A stretch of 64,000 bases of DNA from a bacterium (GCA_032250835.1 JAVVEA010000002.1:246596-310595); one strand, 5' to 3'. Positions 39,302-51,184 are shown, counted from the stretch's first letter. Program-made: numbers and translations. The notes: generated by a model from the sequence alone, not told the origin.

Positions 39302-39957
39302 ATGTACCTCAAAAGTTCGGATCAGCCGATTTTTGATTTAGGCTTCGGAGGCCACCGCTGCCATTGGGGAACCCATATCTGCGGTCTTTACGGCAGTGAA
39401 GCAGAACGCGACCAAATCATTTTTGGCTTTTTAGGAAAAGGTTTGCTCGAAGAGGATCTGCAATTCTTTTGTTATGACCTCGAGGGTCGAGACCGGATTT
39501 TAAAGGGACTGCAACCCTTCAGCTCAAAATCTTTGGAAGATTCCCCGGATCAATTGGTTTTAAAGCCTGCCAAGGAACTCTATTACCCCTCGGGTAGTTT
39601 TTCTCCCTGGGAGATGGACCGGGGCTTAAGCCAGTTTTACGAGCAATCCCAAGCCAAGGGCCCCCGCAACATCCGCGCCAGTGCCGAGATGTCCTGGGCG
39701 CTCCAAGCCGTGCCGGGGGTGGAGGACTTAATGGCCTATGAGTCGCGGCTCAATTACTTTATCCCCGGAAAACCTTGGGTTAGCATCTGCCTCTATGACC
39801 TCACTCGGTTTTCTGGTGAGGTGATCATGAACGTTTTGAGGACCCATCCCTATTCGATAAGCGGCGGTTTGATCACCGAAAATCCCTACTACCAAGAGCC
39901 AGACCAGTGGCTCGCCCAGCATGCACCCCAGTTTCTTGACTCCAACGCAGTCCTCTG

Positions 39958-39958
<1 letters not shown>
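39302..39958 (+). CDS. Stand-alone MEDS-domain sensor protein
   Basis: GTHICGLY, RASAEMSW, YESRLN, ICLYD..RF, LRTHP. Confidence 0.85.
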
Positions 39959-41925
<1,967 letters not shown>

Positions 41926-42036
41926 TCGCCTTCCCCACATCTATTTAAATCTATGTTACAATGGCCTTGCAGGCCGCCAGAACCTTGGGGGGACAGCGGT
42001 CTCTTGGGGGGGATAACCCATTGGTAGGAGGTGACT

Positions 42037-42807
42037 ATGTCCGGCAACTTATCGGGAAAGGTGGCGTTGGTGACGGGAGCAGGCGGCGCAGGCGGAATTG
42101 GCCGAGCGACCGCATTGCTTTTTGCCCGTCAAGGGGCCCAAGTAGCGGTGGTAGATGTAGTGGACGGTGGCCAGGAGACGGTGCGTCTGATCGAATCGTT
42201 GGGTGGTAAAGGCTTGTTCATCCCCACCGACGTGACCCAGGCGGATCAAGTGGAGGCGATGGTTGCGAAGACCTTAAAACACTTCGGGCGGCTTGATTAT
42301 GCCCACAACAACGCAGGTATTGAAGGGATCATGGGGCCCATTGCCGACTGCACGGTGGAAAACTTTGACCGCACCCTTGCGGTGAACCTAAGGGGTATCT
42401 TCTTGAGTATGAAGTATGAAATCCCGGTGATGATCCAAGGCGGAGGCGGGGCTATTGTCAATACGGCTTCCATCGCGGGGCTGATCGGTTTTCCCGGCCT
42501 ACCTGCTTACGTGGCGAGTAAACACGGGGTCAACGGTTTGACCAAAAATGCGGCCCTCGAATATGCGACCCAAGGCATTCGGGTCAACTCGGTTTGCCCC
42601 GGCGCGATCAAAACCCGCATGATCGACGAGATTGGCAAACAAATGGGCGTGCCCGACGCCGCGCAAGCCTTTGATGGGGTCCACCCGATCGGGCGGATGG
42701 GGCGGCCTGAAGAGATCGCTGAACTGGTGGTCTTTTTGTGCAGCGACGCGGCCAGCTTCATCACCGGGGCCCACTACGCCGCAGATGGGGGTTACACCGC
42801 CCAGTAG
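42037..42807 (+). CDS. Short-chain dehydrogenase/reductase
   Basis: TGAGGAGGIG, NNAG, YVASK; AGGAGG RBS. Confidence 0.93.
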   Translation: MSGNLSGKVALVTGAGGAGGIGRATALLFARQGAQVAVVDVVDGGQETVRLIESLGGKGLFIPTDVTQADQVEAMVAKTLKHFGRLDYAHNNAGIEGIMGPIADCTVENFDRTLAVNLRGIFLSMKYEIPVMIQGGGGAIVNTASIAGLIGFPGLPAYVASKHGVNGLTKNAALEYATQGIRVNSVCPGAIKTRMIDEIGKQMGVPDAAQAFDGVHPIGRMGRPEEIAELVVFLCSDAASFITGAHYAADGGYTAQ

Positions 42808-42808
42808 C

Positions 42809-45094
42809 CTAGACTGTGGGGAGTTCGAGCTGTTCGAGTAGCTTCAAAAAAGCCTCTTTGGTCAGTGGCTTGGCTAGATAGCCGTCGAAGACTGGCGGCT
42901 GTCCGGCTGGGTCCTGTTTGCCGCGCGGCAGCAGAGACAGGGCGATTAACTTGGGGGTCCTTTGGTGGTCCGAGCGGATTTTTTGGGCCACTTCTAGCCC
43001 ATTGAGCTGTTGGAGATCGGTGCTCATCAAGACCAGATCAAAGGGCTGGCTAGAGACCAAACGGGCCGCCTCTGTTCCTGTATGGGCTAAAGTCAAGACC
43101 GTGCCTAATTCTCTTAGGACCTGACTACAGGTTTCCAGGTGCAGCTTGTCTGGTTCGAGCAATAATAATCGAAGCCCCTGGGCCTTGGTTTGGAGGCTCG
43201 CGTAGGTTGGCTTGGTTGCTTCGGGCAGGGTAAACCAAAAGGTGGTCCCTTCGCCTAATTGACTTTCCAGGCCAATCTGCCCGCCGCATTTTTTGACAAA
43301 TTCCCGGCAGAGGATCAACCCCATCCCGGTCCCCGCTTCCGAAGCGGTACCCAACTCAGACTGCACCTTGGCGTCGGGCTGGAATAAGAGTTGTTGCCGG
43401 TCGGGACTAAGCCCCACCCCACTGTCGCAGACCATCACCTTAGCAAAGCCCAACAGCGGTTCGGCCTTAACCGTGACATGCCCACCCTGGGGTGTGAACT
43501 TTAGGGCATTGTGGATCAAGTTGCGCAGGATCGTGTTGACCATGGCCGGGTCGGCATGCACCCAAAGATTGCTCTGCACTTCAAAATGCAATTCAATCTG
43601 CTTGAGGCCCGCCTGGGCGGCATAAAGCGGTTGGTTTTCGGCCAAGGTGCGGTTGAGGTCTAAGGTGACGGGGTTAAAGTCTAGTTCCCCCCGCTGGCTT
43701 TGGGCCCAACTGAGCAATTCGGTGAGTAGGTTGTAGGTGCTTTTGGTGTTGACCTTCACCAGATCAAACAACTCTTCGGTTAAGTCGGCCGGTTTTAACA
43801 TCACGTCATTAAACAGTAACGACAACCCCCCGATGGGCCCCCGTAAGTCATGGGCCAAGATCGAAATAAACCGTTCCTTTTCTAAGTTGCTCGCCTCCAA
43901 ATTGGCGGTGCGTTCGCGTACCTTTTGCTCTAAGCCGTTGGTGTGCTCGTCCAGGGCCTGGGCCATTTGGGTGAAACTGGCACTCAGGCGGCCCAACTCG
44001 TCTTGGTTCGGCTCGCCCAAATCCACCTGATAATTCCCCTGGGCGACCATGATGGTGCTTTGGTTGAGCCGGGCGACTCGGTTTAAGATCAGTACCTTGA
44101 CCATTAAAGTCGAGATTCCCGCCAAACTCAACAAGGCTAAGGCCAGCAATAATCCCAAGGGGGCAAAGAAGTCGTCGTCGATCCAAACGCCCATCTCCAT
44201 GAGCGTTACATTATACCAGCCAATCTGGGGGATATAAGCCAGCCCGACCATGTAATGTTTGCCCGCAATATCTAGAGGTAAGGCCAGCGCTTTGGAGTGG
44301 TTTCCTTGTAGTTGGGCCATAGCGCTGCGTAGCCGGTTTCGGTCTGACTCTTTCGAAATCAACTGCAACAGCGTTTTGCGGTCCTTTTGGGTCTTGGTGA
44401 TCGAACGGAAGTCGATCAGGGCGGTATCCTGGTGCGCTTGGATGGCGGTGGTGGCGTTGATGAAAAACTTGCTCAGCCCCGGTTGGGTGTCTAAAATCAC
44501 CTGGGTGATGAAGGTGGTCAGGTCTAGGCCCGTTCCGATCACGGCAGTGGCGCGGCCGTCGGCTTCGACGACGCAGTTGATCCAAACCTTGGCAACCTTG
44601 ATCTCTTCATCGTAGTCTACGTTGAGTAAACAGGGCTTGGGCTGGTGCAGAGTCCGAAAAAACCACTGGTGTTCGGGGTTGCTTGGTTGCAGTTGGTAGC
44701 GCAGTTGGCGGCCGTCATACTGGTTGTGGGCATCGTTGAAATAATAATTCCCCGAACCGGCGATAGCAAAGAAGTAACTTTGGTCCGCAAAGTCGTTGCG
44801 GTAGCTTTCCAACTCGGCAATGCCGTGTTGTTTTAGGGTGGAGTCGGCTTCTTTTAAGCTCCAGCGCTTGATGGCCGAAGATTTGGCCAAGCGCTGGGCC
44901 AAGGCCAACTCGTTTAAGAAAGGACGCAGGCTCCGTTCTTTGTCGTAAAGGGTTTGCTTCTCGGCCAAGAGGCTGCGCAACTCTAACTCCAAGGAACCCA
45001 TCACCTGCCTAAAGCCCAGGTAGGCGAAGGCCAGGGTGACCAAGAAGATGCCGATCATCAGCAGGGTCAGTTTGGTGCTAAGCTGTCGCCACAT
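42809..45094 (-). CDS. Periplasmic-sensor HAMP histidine kinase with degenerate receiver
   Basis: Two TMs flanking a Cache-like domain, DELGRL HAMP, LAHDLRGPI, NLIHNALKF; receiver has Ser in place of the phospho-Asp (DLVLMS). Confidence 0.85.
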   Translation of the reverse strand: MWRQLSTKLTLLMIGIFLVTLAFAYLGFRQVMGSLELELRSLLAEKQTLYDKERSLRPFLNELALAQRLAKSSAIKRWSLKEADSTLKQHGIAELESYRNDFADQSYFFAIAGSGNYYFNDAHNQYDGRQLRYQLQPSNPEHQWFFRTLHQPKPCLLNVDYDEEIKVAKVWINCVVEADGRATAVIGTGLDLTTFITQVILDTQPGLSKFFINATTAIQAHQDTALIDFRSITKTQKDRKTLLQLISKESDRNRLRSAMAQLQGNHSKALALPLDIAGKHYMVGLAYIPQIGWYNVTLMEMGVWIDDDFFAPLGLLLALALLSLAGISTLMVKVLILNRVARLNQSTIMVAQGNYQVDLGEPNQDELGRLSASFTQMAQALDEHTNGLEQKVRERTANLEASNLEKERFISILAHDLRGPIGGLSLLFNDVMLKPADLTEELFDLVKVNTKSTYNLLTELLSWAQSQRGELDFNPVTLDLNRTLAENQPLYAAQAGLKQIELHFEVQSNLWVHADPAMVNTILRNLIHNALKFTPQGGHVTVKAEPLLGFAKVMVCDSGVGLSPDRQQLLFQPDAKVQSELGTASEAGTGMGLILCREFVKKCGGQIGLESQLGEGTTFWFTLPEATKPTYASLQTKAQGLRLLLLEPDKLHLETCSQVLRELGTVLTLAHTGTEAARLVSSQPFDLVLMSTDLQQLNGLEVAQKIRSDHQRTPKLIALSLLPRGKQDPAGQPPVFDGYLAKPLTKEAFLKLLEQLELPTV

Positions 45095-45241
45095 TTCGGG
45101 TCTTGGGTAGAGGGCATTTTTGGGGTTATCCTGATTGCACTCTAACAGATGAGTCTCTTAAGGAAAACGAGAATTGAGGCTGCTTTAGGCCCTGGATTTG
45201 AAAACCTGAAATTACTCGATAACCCCATCCTTAAGGAGCCA

Positions 45242-45655
45242 ATGAAACCTAGAATCAGCATGATCACCCTGGGCGTTGCCGACCTGGAACGCTCCGTGAA
45301 GTTCTACCGCGATGGCCTGGGCCTGCCGCAGATGGAGTCGCCGCCAGGGGTGGCCTTTTTTACACTCAACGGAACTTGGCTGGGGCTTTACGGTAGGGCC
45401 GCCTTGGCCGCTGATGCCCAGGTGGACGCAGAGGGCAACGGCTTCGGTGGATTTGCTTTGGCCCATAATTTATCTAGTCCTGAGGCGGTTGATCAGGGCT
45501 TTAACGCGGCTCTGGCCGTTGGTGCCGCCGTGGCCAAAAGGCCACAAGATACCGATTGGGGCGGATATTCCGGCTATTTTAAGGACCCCGATGGACACCT
45601 ATGGGAACTGGCCTACAATCCCTTCTTTTGGGTTGGCCCGGCTGACGAGCCCTAA
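45242..45655 (+). CDS. VOC/glyoxalase family protein
   Basis: ISMITLGVADLERSVKFY, WGGYSGYFKDPDGHLWE; AAGGAG RBS. Confidence 0.9.
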   Translation: MKPRISMITLGVADLERSVKFYRDGLGLPQMESPPGVAFFTLNGTWLGLYGRAALAADAQVDAEGNGFGGFALAHNLSSPEAVDQGFNAALAVGAAVAKRPQDTDWGGYSGYFKDPDGHLWELAYNPFFWVGPADEP

Positions 45656-45899
45656 TAGCTGAAGGTAAATGCTTGGGAGTGGCAGGCTGAGAGATTTTCC
45701 GCTGGGCAACGAGCCGACGCGAAGAGGTTAGAGGGAATGGGCCGCGGCCCCGCGCTGGACGAGCGCTCCGCTGGTTTGGGTCTGGCGGTGAAGGGGGAGA
45801 ACCTAGCTCATCGCCGAGGAGGAGCGGTCAACGGCTAGTGGTTATTTCGGAAAAAAGGGGCTGTTTGTGCTTCCTGGAGCGACCCTTCGCCAGGGCCGT

Positions 45900-46253
45900 T
45901 CAGATGCAAGAAAGGAAACCCTGAGGCAATCCGGCGATTCGGCCAGCTTGAAGCAAAAGGCCTTTGGGGAAGAGTGTCGTGAGGCGTTGGTGCGCTTCGC
46001 GGTGGGTGAGGTCATAATGGTCAGCAAACCACTGGATCAATACTTTTTTGCGCGGTGGCAACCCCTGTTCTTCAAAGATCCGGCGCAGCCACCAAAGCAC
46101 CTGCCAATGTAAAGGGTTTAACCCAATCTCTTCGGCTTGGGCCAAACGCCGCGCCACTTGGGGCGTCCATAGGCTGGGGTCGGCCAAATGGCCTTCCATT
46201 AATTCTAGTGGTTCGTCGGTCGGGAAATCAGGCGGGGGCCGTTGGGCGTTCAT
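45900..46253 (-). CDS. TusE/DsrC family sulfur-relay protein
   Basis: W...VA..LA..E.I.L...HW.V...LR, LFP.G...QA.RIAGLP...CI with penultimate Cys. Confidence 0.8.
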   Translation of the reverse strand: MNAQRPPPDFPTDEPLELMEGHLADPSLWTPQVARRLAQAEEIGLNPLHWQVLWWLRRIFEEQGLPPRKKVLIQWFADHYDLTHREAHQRLTTLFPKGLLLQAGRIAGLPQGFLSCI

Positions 46254-46504
46254 AGCGGTTCGGGGCAAGGGGTTGGTCTCGACACCAGTATAACACAAAG
46301 AGAAAAAAGTTTTTGGTTCGTTAAGCTACCGGCCCGGGTCGAATGGCCAGAGGGCCCGGGGGTACCTTTGAAGGAAATTACGCCAACCGTTAGTTTGGCG
46401 GCTATCTACGCAGCTGTATCTAAGTTGAGTTTGTTTTAGGGGCTTATATAAGGTCAGCAGGTTGCTTGGGTGTAACTTCTGTGGTGCGGCGAAGATCGAC
46501 CTAG

Positions 46505-46749
46505 GGCCTCGAAGCCCTAGGTCTGTAGGAATATTTTTATAGGGAAGTTGGCTTCGCCAACGGCTTGGGTCTGGCGCCACTCGCCGGCTCGCGTCGCTAC
46601 GCCCGTCGCCCTCGGCCTGCGGCCTCGAAGCTCTAGGTCTGTAGGAATATTTTTATAGGGAAGTTGGCTTCGCCAACGGCTTGGGTCTGGCACCACTCGC
46701 CGGCTCGCGTCGCTACGCCCGTCGCCCTCGGCCTGCGGCCTCGAAGCTC
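46505..46749. repeat. Tandem repeat, about 2.1 x 116 bp, directly downstream of tRNA-Ser(CGA)
   Basis: GGCCTCGAAGC recurs at 46505, 46621 and 46737; the two full units differ at two positions by eye. Confidence 0.9.
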
Positions 46750-46760
46750 CTTGGCGTGCG

Positions 46761-46845
46761 AAGAGAGTGGGGGATTTGAACCCCCGAGGCTGTTACACCT
46801 GACGGCTTTCGAAACCGTTGCCTTCAACCACTCGGCCAACTCTCC
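46761..46845 (-). tRNA. tRNA-Ser(CGA), CCA not encoded
   Basis: Anticodon arm ACGGT-TTCGAAA-GCCGT, long variable arm, G1-U72 and U73. Confidence 0.92.
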
Positions 46846-46919
46846 ACGCGCTCGTCCCTGTGGGGGGACGTCTCCATTGGTATGCCAAGCCGGGGCGGCT
46901 GTCAATGGCTAGACTAGGG

Positions 46920-47315
46920 CTAGCGGGCGAAGATTTGCAACATTTGGGGGTCCACCTGGGCATCGAAGCCCCAGCCCTCACGTTTGACTTCGGCCCGATC
47001 TAACCGGCCGTCGCGGAAGCTGAGGTAAAGGATATACGCTTCTTCTTTACGGTACTGGCCAAGGAAGAAATAGGTGTATTCTTCGCGGAAATCCACATAG
47101 CTCATCACCGAAAGGTTACCCTGTTGGCGGTAACCTAAGGGTTCGCCCAGCTGCTCGAGTAGGTCGACCTCGGTGGTCAGCCCGAGGGTCAAAAACTTGG
47201 GCGCTCCCGCCTCAAGGTCCACCTTACCCAATTTGGCCCGGGCACAACTGCCGCCGGAGCCCAGGAGAATCACTCCAATCAACAGCCCCAAGAGTGGCCT
47301 AAAGAGCGAGTTCAT
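46920..47315 (-). CDS. Lipoprotein, SmpA/BamE-like motif
   Basis: Signal peptide ending in Cys; GLTTEVDLLEQLGEP; start reassigned to ATG 47315. Confidence 0.6.
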   Translation of the reverse strand: MNSLFRPLLGLLIGVILLGSGGSCARAKLGKVDLEAGAPKFLTLGLTTEVDLLEQLGEPLGYRQQGNLSVMSYVDFREEYTYFFLGQYRKEEAYILYLSFRDGRLDRAEVKREGWGFDAQVDPQMLQIFAR

Positions 47316-47686
47316 CGCGCGCTGCGGCGGGTGCCGGGGTTGTTCGAGGTGGCCGGGGCAAAGGCGCCCCAACCCTCGCCGGTTTTCTCGATCTTCGCTT
47401 GGACCACCCGGCCCTCAGCGAACCGCAAGACCAACTCGTTGCCCTCATAGGTTCCATATAAAATGAAAAACTCACCCCGTTCGTGGTTGTAGATCACCGT
47501 TTCCAGTCCGGCCACTTGCCGGTGTACCAAAGGCTCACCTAATCGGTCGAAGACTTCGGCCCGGGTCGTTTGGCCGATCACGATGAAATCAGGCATCCCT
47601 TCTTGAGCCTGAAATTTCCCGAAGGAACTGACCGAACAACCGCCCAGCCAGACTAAGGTCCCTATGATCATCAGTTTTTGTAGCAT
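47312..47686 (-). CDS. Lipoprotein, SmpA/BamE-like motif
   Basis: Lipobox LGGC; GQTTRAEVFDRLGEP; AGGAG RBS. Confidence 0.65.
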   Translation of the reverse strand: MLQKLMIIGTLVWLGGCSVSSFGKFQAQEGMPDFIVIGQTTRAEVFDRLGEPLVHRQVAGLETVIYNHERGEFFILYGTYEGNELVLRFAEGRVVQAKIEKTGEGWGAFAPATSNNPGTRRSAR

Positions 47687-47768
47687 AAAATTCTCCTGCT
47701 ATTTTTTTTAGGCCCCAGTGTAACGGAGGTCCCCATGGCCTTCAAGGGCTTGCAGTTTTTCCCTGGGC

Positions 47769-47978
47769 TCAACCCTTCTTAAAAAACTCGGTTTTTAAGA
47801 CAATGGTCGCTTTGCCAATGCGGCACTCGATCTCGTTTTCATTGGAGGTCAGCCGGATATTTTTGATCGGCGTACCGCGCTTGAGGTTCAAGGAAGATCC
47901 CTTAACTTTTAAATCTTTGGTCGCCAAGACGGTATCGCCGTCTTGTAATTCGTTGCCGTTGCAGTCTTTGGTGCTCAT
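47769..47978 (-). CDS. PhnA/YjdM C-terminal domain protein
   Basis: KDCNGNELQDGDTV..TKDLKVKG...LKRGT.IKNIRL...LKTEFFKK. Confidence 0.85.
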   Translation of the reverse strand: MSTKDCNGNELQDGDTVLATKDLKVKGSSLNLKRGTPIKNIRLTSNENEIECRIGKATIVLKTEFFKKG

Positions 47979-48174
47979 CTACATTTGTATAATGGGGTTG
48001 GCAGACTAATGAGAATCCCTATTGGAAAACATGGCCCCTATTTTGTCTACGGGAATCCGTGGAGTAAAAAAGCCCTGAAGCTCAATGAACCTGCTTTAAT
48101 CTGGGGCTCATCCAGCGTTCATCTTGGGCGTCTAGTCTCAAAACCAAAACCGATACCTTGTTTTAGGAGACTTG

Positions 48175-48651
48175 ATGTTACCTTTGCGCTCGACTTGGAT
48201 TTTAGTTTGGATGTTATTAGGGCCCTGGGTGGTCTTGGCTGGTGAGGACGCATACAAAGAGCCTTGGGCTCCGGTGGACGCTTCAGTCAACGCCGCTATC
48301 GACGAAGCCTACCAAGCCCAAGTGAAGCCGATATTTGAGCAGAAATGTTACGACTGCCACGTCACCGACCCGGATTATCCTTGGTATGTACAGGTACCTG
48401 GATTAGGGGCCTTGATGCGCCACCACAACGAAGAAGGGGTTAAAGACTTGGACCTCACCAATGGTTTCCCCTTTGGGGGCGAAGGTGGCGTGTTAAAACA
48501 ATTGCGCGAGATTGAAAAGGAAGTGCTGGTTAAACGGGAGATGCCGCCCACCTATTACCTGATCACCCACCCCAGCGCGGGCCTGGATGGTGAAGAAAAG
48601 GCGCAGCTAGCTCAGTGGATCCAATGGACCCGCCAGCAACTGGCTCACTAG
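48175..48651 (+). CDS. Haem-binding domain protein (c-type CxxCH)
   Basis: Signal peptide, CYDCH, YPWY, EMPPTYY..THP. Confidence 0.85.
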   Translation: MLPLRSTWILVWMLLGPWVVLAGEDAYKEPWAPVDASVNAAIDEAYQAQVKPIFEQKCYDCHVTDPDYPWYVQVPGLGALMRHHNEEGVKDLDLTNGFPFGGEGGVLKQLREIEKEVLVKREMPPTYYLITHPSAGLDGEEKAQLAQWIQWTRQQLAH

Positions 48652-51020
48652 ACCGAGAGGTAGGGCTGTAGGCAGGCGAGCAGCTTGTCTTTGTCTAGCG
48701 GCTTGTTGAGGTAACCCTCAAAGGGGGATTCCTGGGCTAGCTGGATCAGCTCTTCTTTCGAATAAGAAGTCAGCGCAACAATCAAAGGGGCCGGGACTGG
48801 CGCACGGCGCACCGCCAAGTTAGCCTCAACCCCATTGAGGTCCGGCAGGTCAATATCCATCAAAATCAAGTTAAAAGGACTGGCTAGGTGGCGGTCCACT
48901 GCCGTCTGGCCGTCTCCGGCGGTCTCAAAGTTGATCCCTAATTCTTTGAGTACCTTGGTGCTACTTTCTAAATGCAAGGCGTTGTCGTCTACCAACAAAA
49001 CCCGCATAGCCTGTAGGCGCTTAAGTTCCAGCAAAGTCGCCTGCTGGGCGGCGGCGTGGTCGGCTTGGCCGCTGGGCAGGGTGAACCAGAATTGACTGCC
49101 TACCCCTGTTTGGCTGCTCACCCCAATCTGGCCGCCATGGCGTTTGACGAACTCGGCACAGAGGATCAGCCCCAGGCCCGAGCCAGACTCGCTGTTGGTG
49201 CCCAAGCTAGAGTGGGCCTTTTTATCGAGCCTAAAGAGCGAATCTTGGATTTCCTCACTCATGCCCACGCCGGTATCGGCTACCTCGACCCGCACCCAGT
49301 CTTCTTTTTGGCTGGCCGATACGGTAATGCTACCGCCTTGAGGGGTGAACTTTAGGGCGTTGTTGATCAGATTGCGCAGGATGGTGGTCACCATCGGTAA
49401 ATCGGCGTAAAGGCCGATTTCTGGGTCTACTTGAGCCCTAAGCGTCAGGCCCTTCTGTTGGGCGGTGCCCTGGTAGAGTCCCAAGTTCGCTTGCAGGGGT
49501 GGCAAGAGCGCAAAATCCTTGGGGTTGTATTCGATTTCGTCTTTTTGGCTGCGCGACCAAGACAGCAGGTTTTCTAGCAGTTGGTGGGTGTTTTTGGCTG
49601 AAGTGCGGATGCTGTCGAAAAGCGGTTGGCTAATGTCGGAGCCCTGTTCGAAGACCTCGTTAAAAAGCACCGAAAAGCTACCGATCGGTCCGCGTAGGTC
49701 ATGGGCCACAATCGAAAAGAACTTGTCTTTGGTCTCGTTGGCTTGGCGCAACGCCTGGGTCTTGTAGGCCACCTCCTTTTCTAAGTCTGCCGCGTAGGCT
49801 TTGCTGACTTCCAGCGTGGCCGCTTGGGCCGCTTCCTTTTCTTTGCGTAAGTTCAGGATGCGCCGGGTCAAAAAGCCGGAGAGCAAGGTGACCTCCAAAG
49901 CCACACCCCACTGCCAGGGGTGGGGCATGAAATTGCGCCCTGATTGCAGGCTGATCATTTCTAAAATCCCTCCGGCGAGGGCCGGGGTGAAGCTGATCAA
50001 AAGCCAGATAGCCTGGGCTTGGCGGCGGATGCTAAAGTAAAGGGCGTAGCCAAAGAGACCCAAGACAATCAACACCGGCAGGTTGTTGATCACCTCGGCG
50101 GCCAGTTGGGTGTCCACCCAGTTGACCGGTACGGCGACCAAAGAACCCAAGAGCGGCAGGTACATGAACCAACGCAAAATCCAGCGTTCCTTGGTGATCC
50201 CTAACATGACCCAACTGTATTGGATCTGAAAGAAGAAGGTGCCCAGGAAAAAAATCGATTGGGTGATTACATGAGAAAACCAGATAGGCCAAAGGCTTAA
50301 GCCAAACCAAGCCTCAAAAAGACGGTCCCGAGAAAGCACAAAGAGGCAAAAAAAACCGATATACCCCGTAAAGTACAGCAGTTCCCGATTCCCGAAGGAG
50401 CGGTATAGGCTTAAATTGTAAATCCCCATCACCGCCAGTATCCCGAAGATCAAGGCATAGCTGGCCAAAGACCGGCTCACCTTCTGGGCAAAGGCCTCGG
50501 CGGTGTAAAGCGAGGCTTCGCGCTCGATGTTGGTGATGCTGCGGATCATCAGCATCCACTGCGTTTCGCCGGGGTCCAAGGTGAGGTGGAAGTAGGGGAA
50601 GTTGGTGCCGTTAACGGGAAACTCCGCTCCCTTAAGGAAGTCCAACCGGTCTTGTAGGACCCATTGCCCCGCATGCCTTTGCCACAATTCGGCTTCAAAG
50701 GCCCAGTCTTCCCAATATAAAACCCGGTCTTGGTGGTACCCTGTGGGGTTGTTTAAATTGAAGCGGACCCAGGTGTTTTTATCGGGGCTGCCGAACTCGG
50801 AAAACTGGGCGTGGTAGGCTGCTGGCTCCAGGAAACTTTGGGCCGCCGCTTCGGGGCCGCTCAATTGGCGCTGCAAATCCGCCCAGAAGGTCAGGCCGGG
50901 ATTTAAGTTGGTCCTAGCGGCCTCGGACTGCACGACTACCGGCACCGCTTGGACCGGTGAGGCAGCAGCCAGAAGGACACAAAAAAAGCCGAGCCAAAGG
51001 GCACGGAGGAAGTTTCCCAA
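48648..51020 (-). CDS. 7TM-DISM hybrid sensor kinase with receiver
   Basis: Signal peptide, DISM domain, 7 TMs, VAHDLRGPI, NLINNALKF, LILMDIDLPDLNG. Confidence 0.88.
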   Translation of the reverse strand: MGNFLRALWLGFFCVLLAAASPVQAVPVVVQSEAARTNLNPGLTFWADLQRQLSGPEAAAQSFLEPAAYHAQFSEFGSPDKNTWVRFNLNNPTGYHQDRVLYWEDWAFEAELWQRHAGQWVLQDRLDFLKGAEFPVNGTNFPYFHLTLDPGETQWMLMIRSITNIEREASLYTAEAFAQKVSRSLASYALIFGILAVMGIYNLSLYRSFGNRELLYFTGYIGFFCLFVLSRDRLFEAWFGLSLWPIWFSHVITQSIFFLGTFFFQIQYSWVMLGITKERWILRWFMYLPLLGSLVAVPVNWVDTQLAAEVINNLPVLIVLGLFGYALYFSIRRQAQAIWLLISFTPALAGGILEMISLQSGRNFMPHPWQWGVALEVTLLSGFLTRRILNLRKEKEAAQAATLEVSKAYAADLEKEVAYKTQALRQANETKDKFFSIVAHDLRGPIGSFSVLFNEVFEQGSDISQPLFDSIRTSAKNTHQLLENLLSWSRSQKDEIEYNPKDFALLPPLQANLGLYQGTAQQKGLTLRAQVDPEIGLYADLPMVTTILRNLINNALKFTPQGGSITVSASQKEDWVRVEVADTGVGMSEEIQDSLFRLDKKAHSSLGTNSESGSGLGLILCAEFVKRHGGQIGVSSQTGVGSQFWFTLPSGQADHAAAQQATLLELKRLQAMRVLLVDDNALHLESSTKVLKELGINFETAGDGQTAVDRHLASPFNLILMDIDLPDLNGVEANLAVRRAPVPAPLIVALTSYSKEELIQLAQESPFEGYLNKPLDKDKLLACLQPYLSV

Positions 51021-51184
51021 TTGGTTTCCCTGATTAAGTCCGCCAGGGGGGTAGGCCCTGGATTGTGGGCGCTTAAAGCTGCCCCAAATTCATGTTATAT
51101 ACCCGTGACTTATACACTAAAGGGCCTTTCCTAGCAAAAAATATCTTTCACCAATTTTGATGCCGCACTTTCCTTAGGGCCTTA

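Noticed and set aside
46505-46749. Possible CRISPR array (also 60528-60755)
   Set aside because: Sequences between the palindromes are near-identical rather than unique spacers, periods are 96-116 bp, and there are no cas genes
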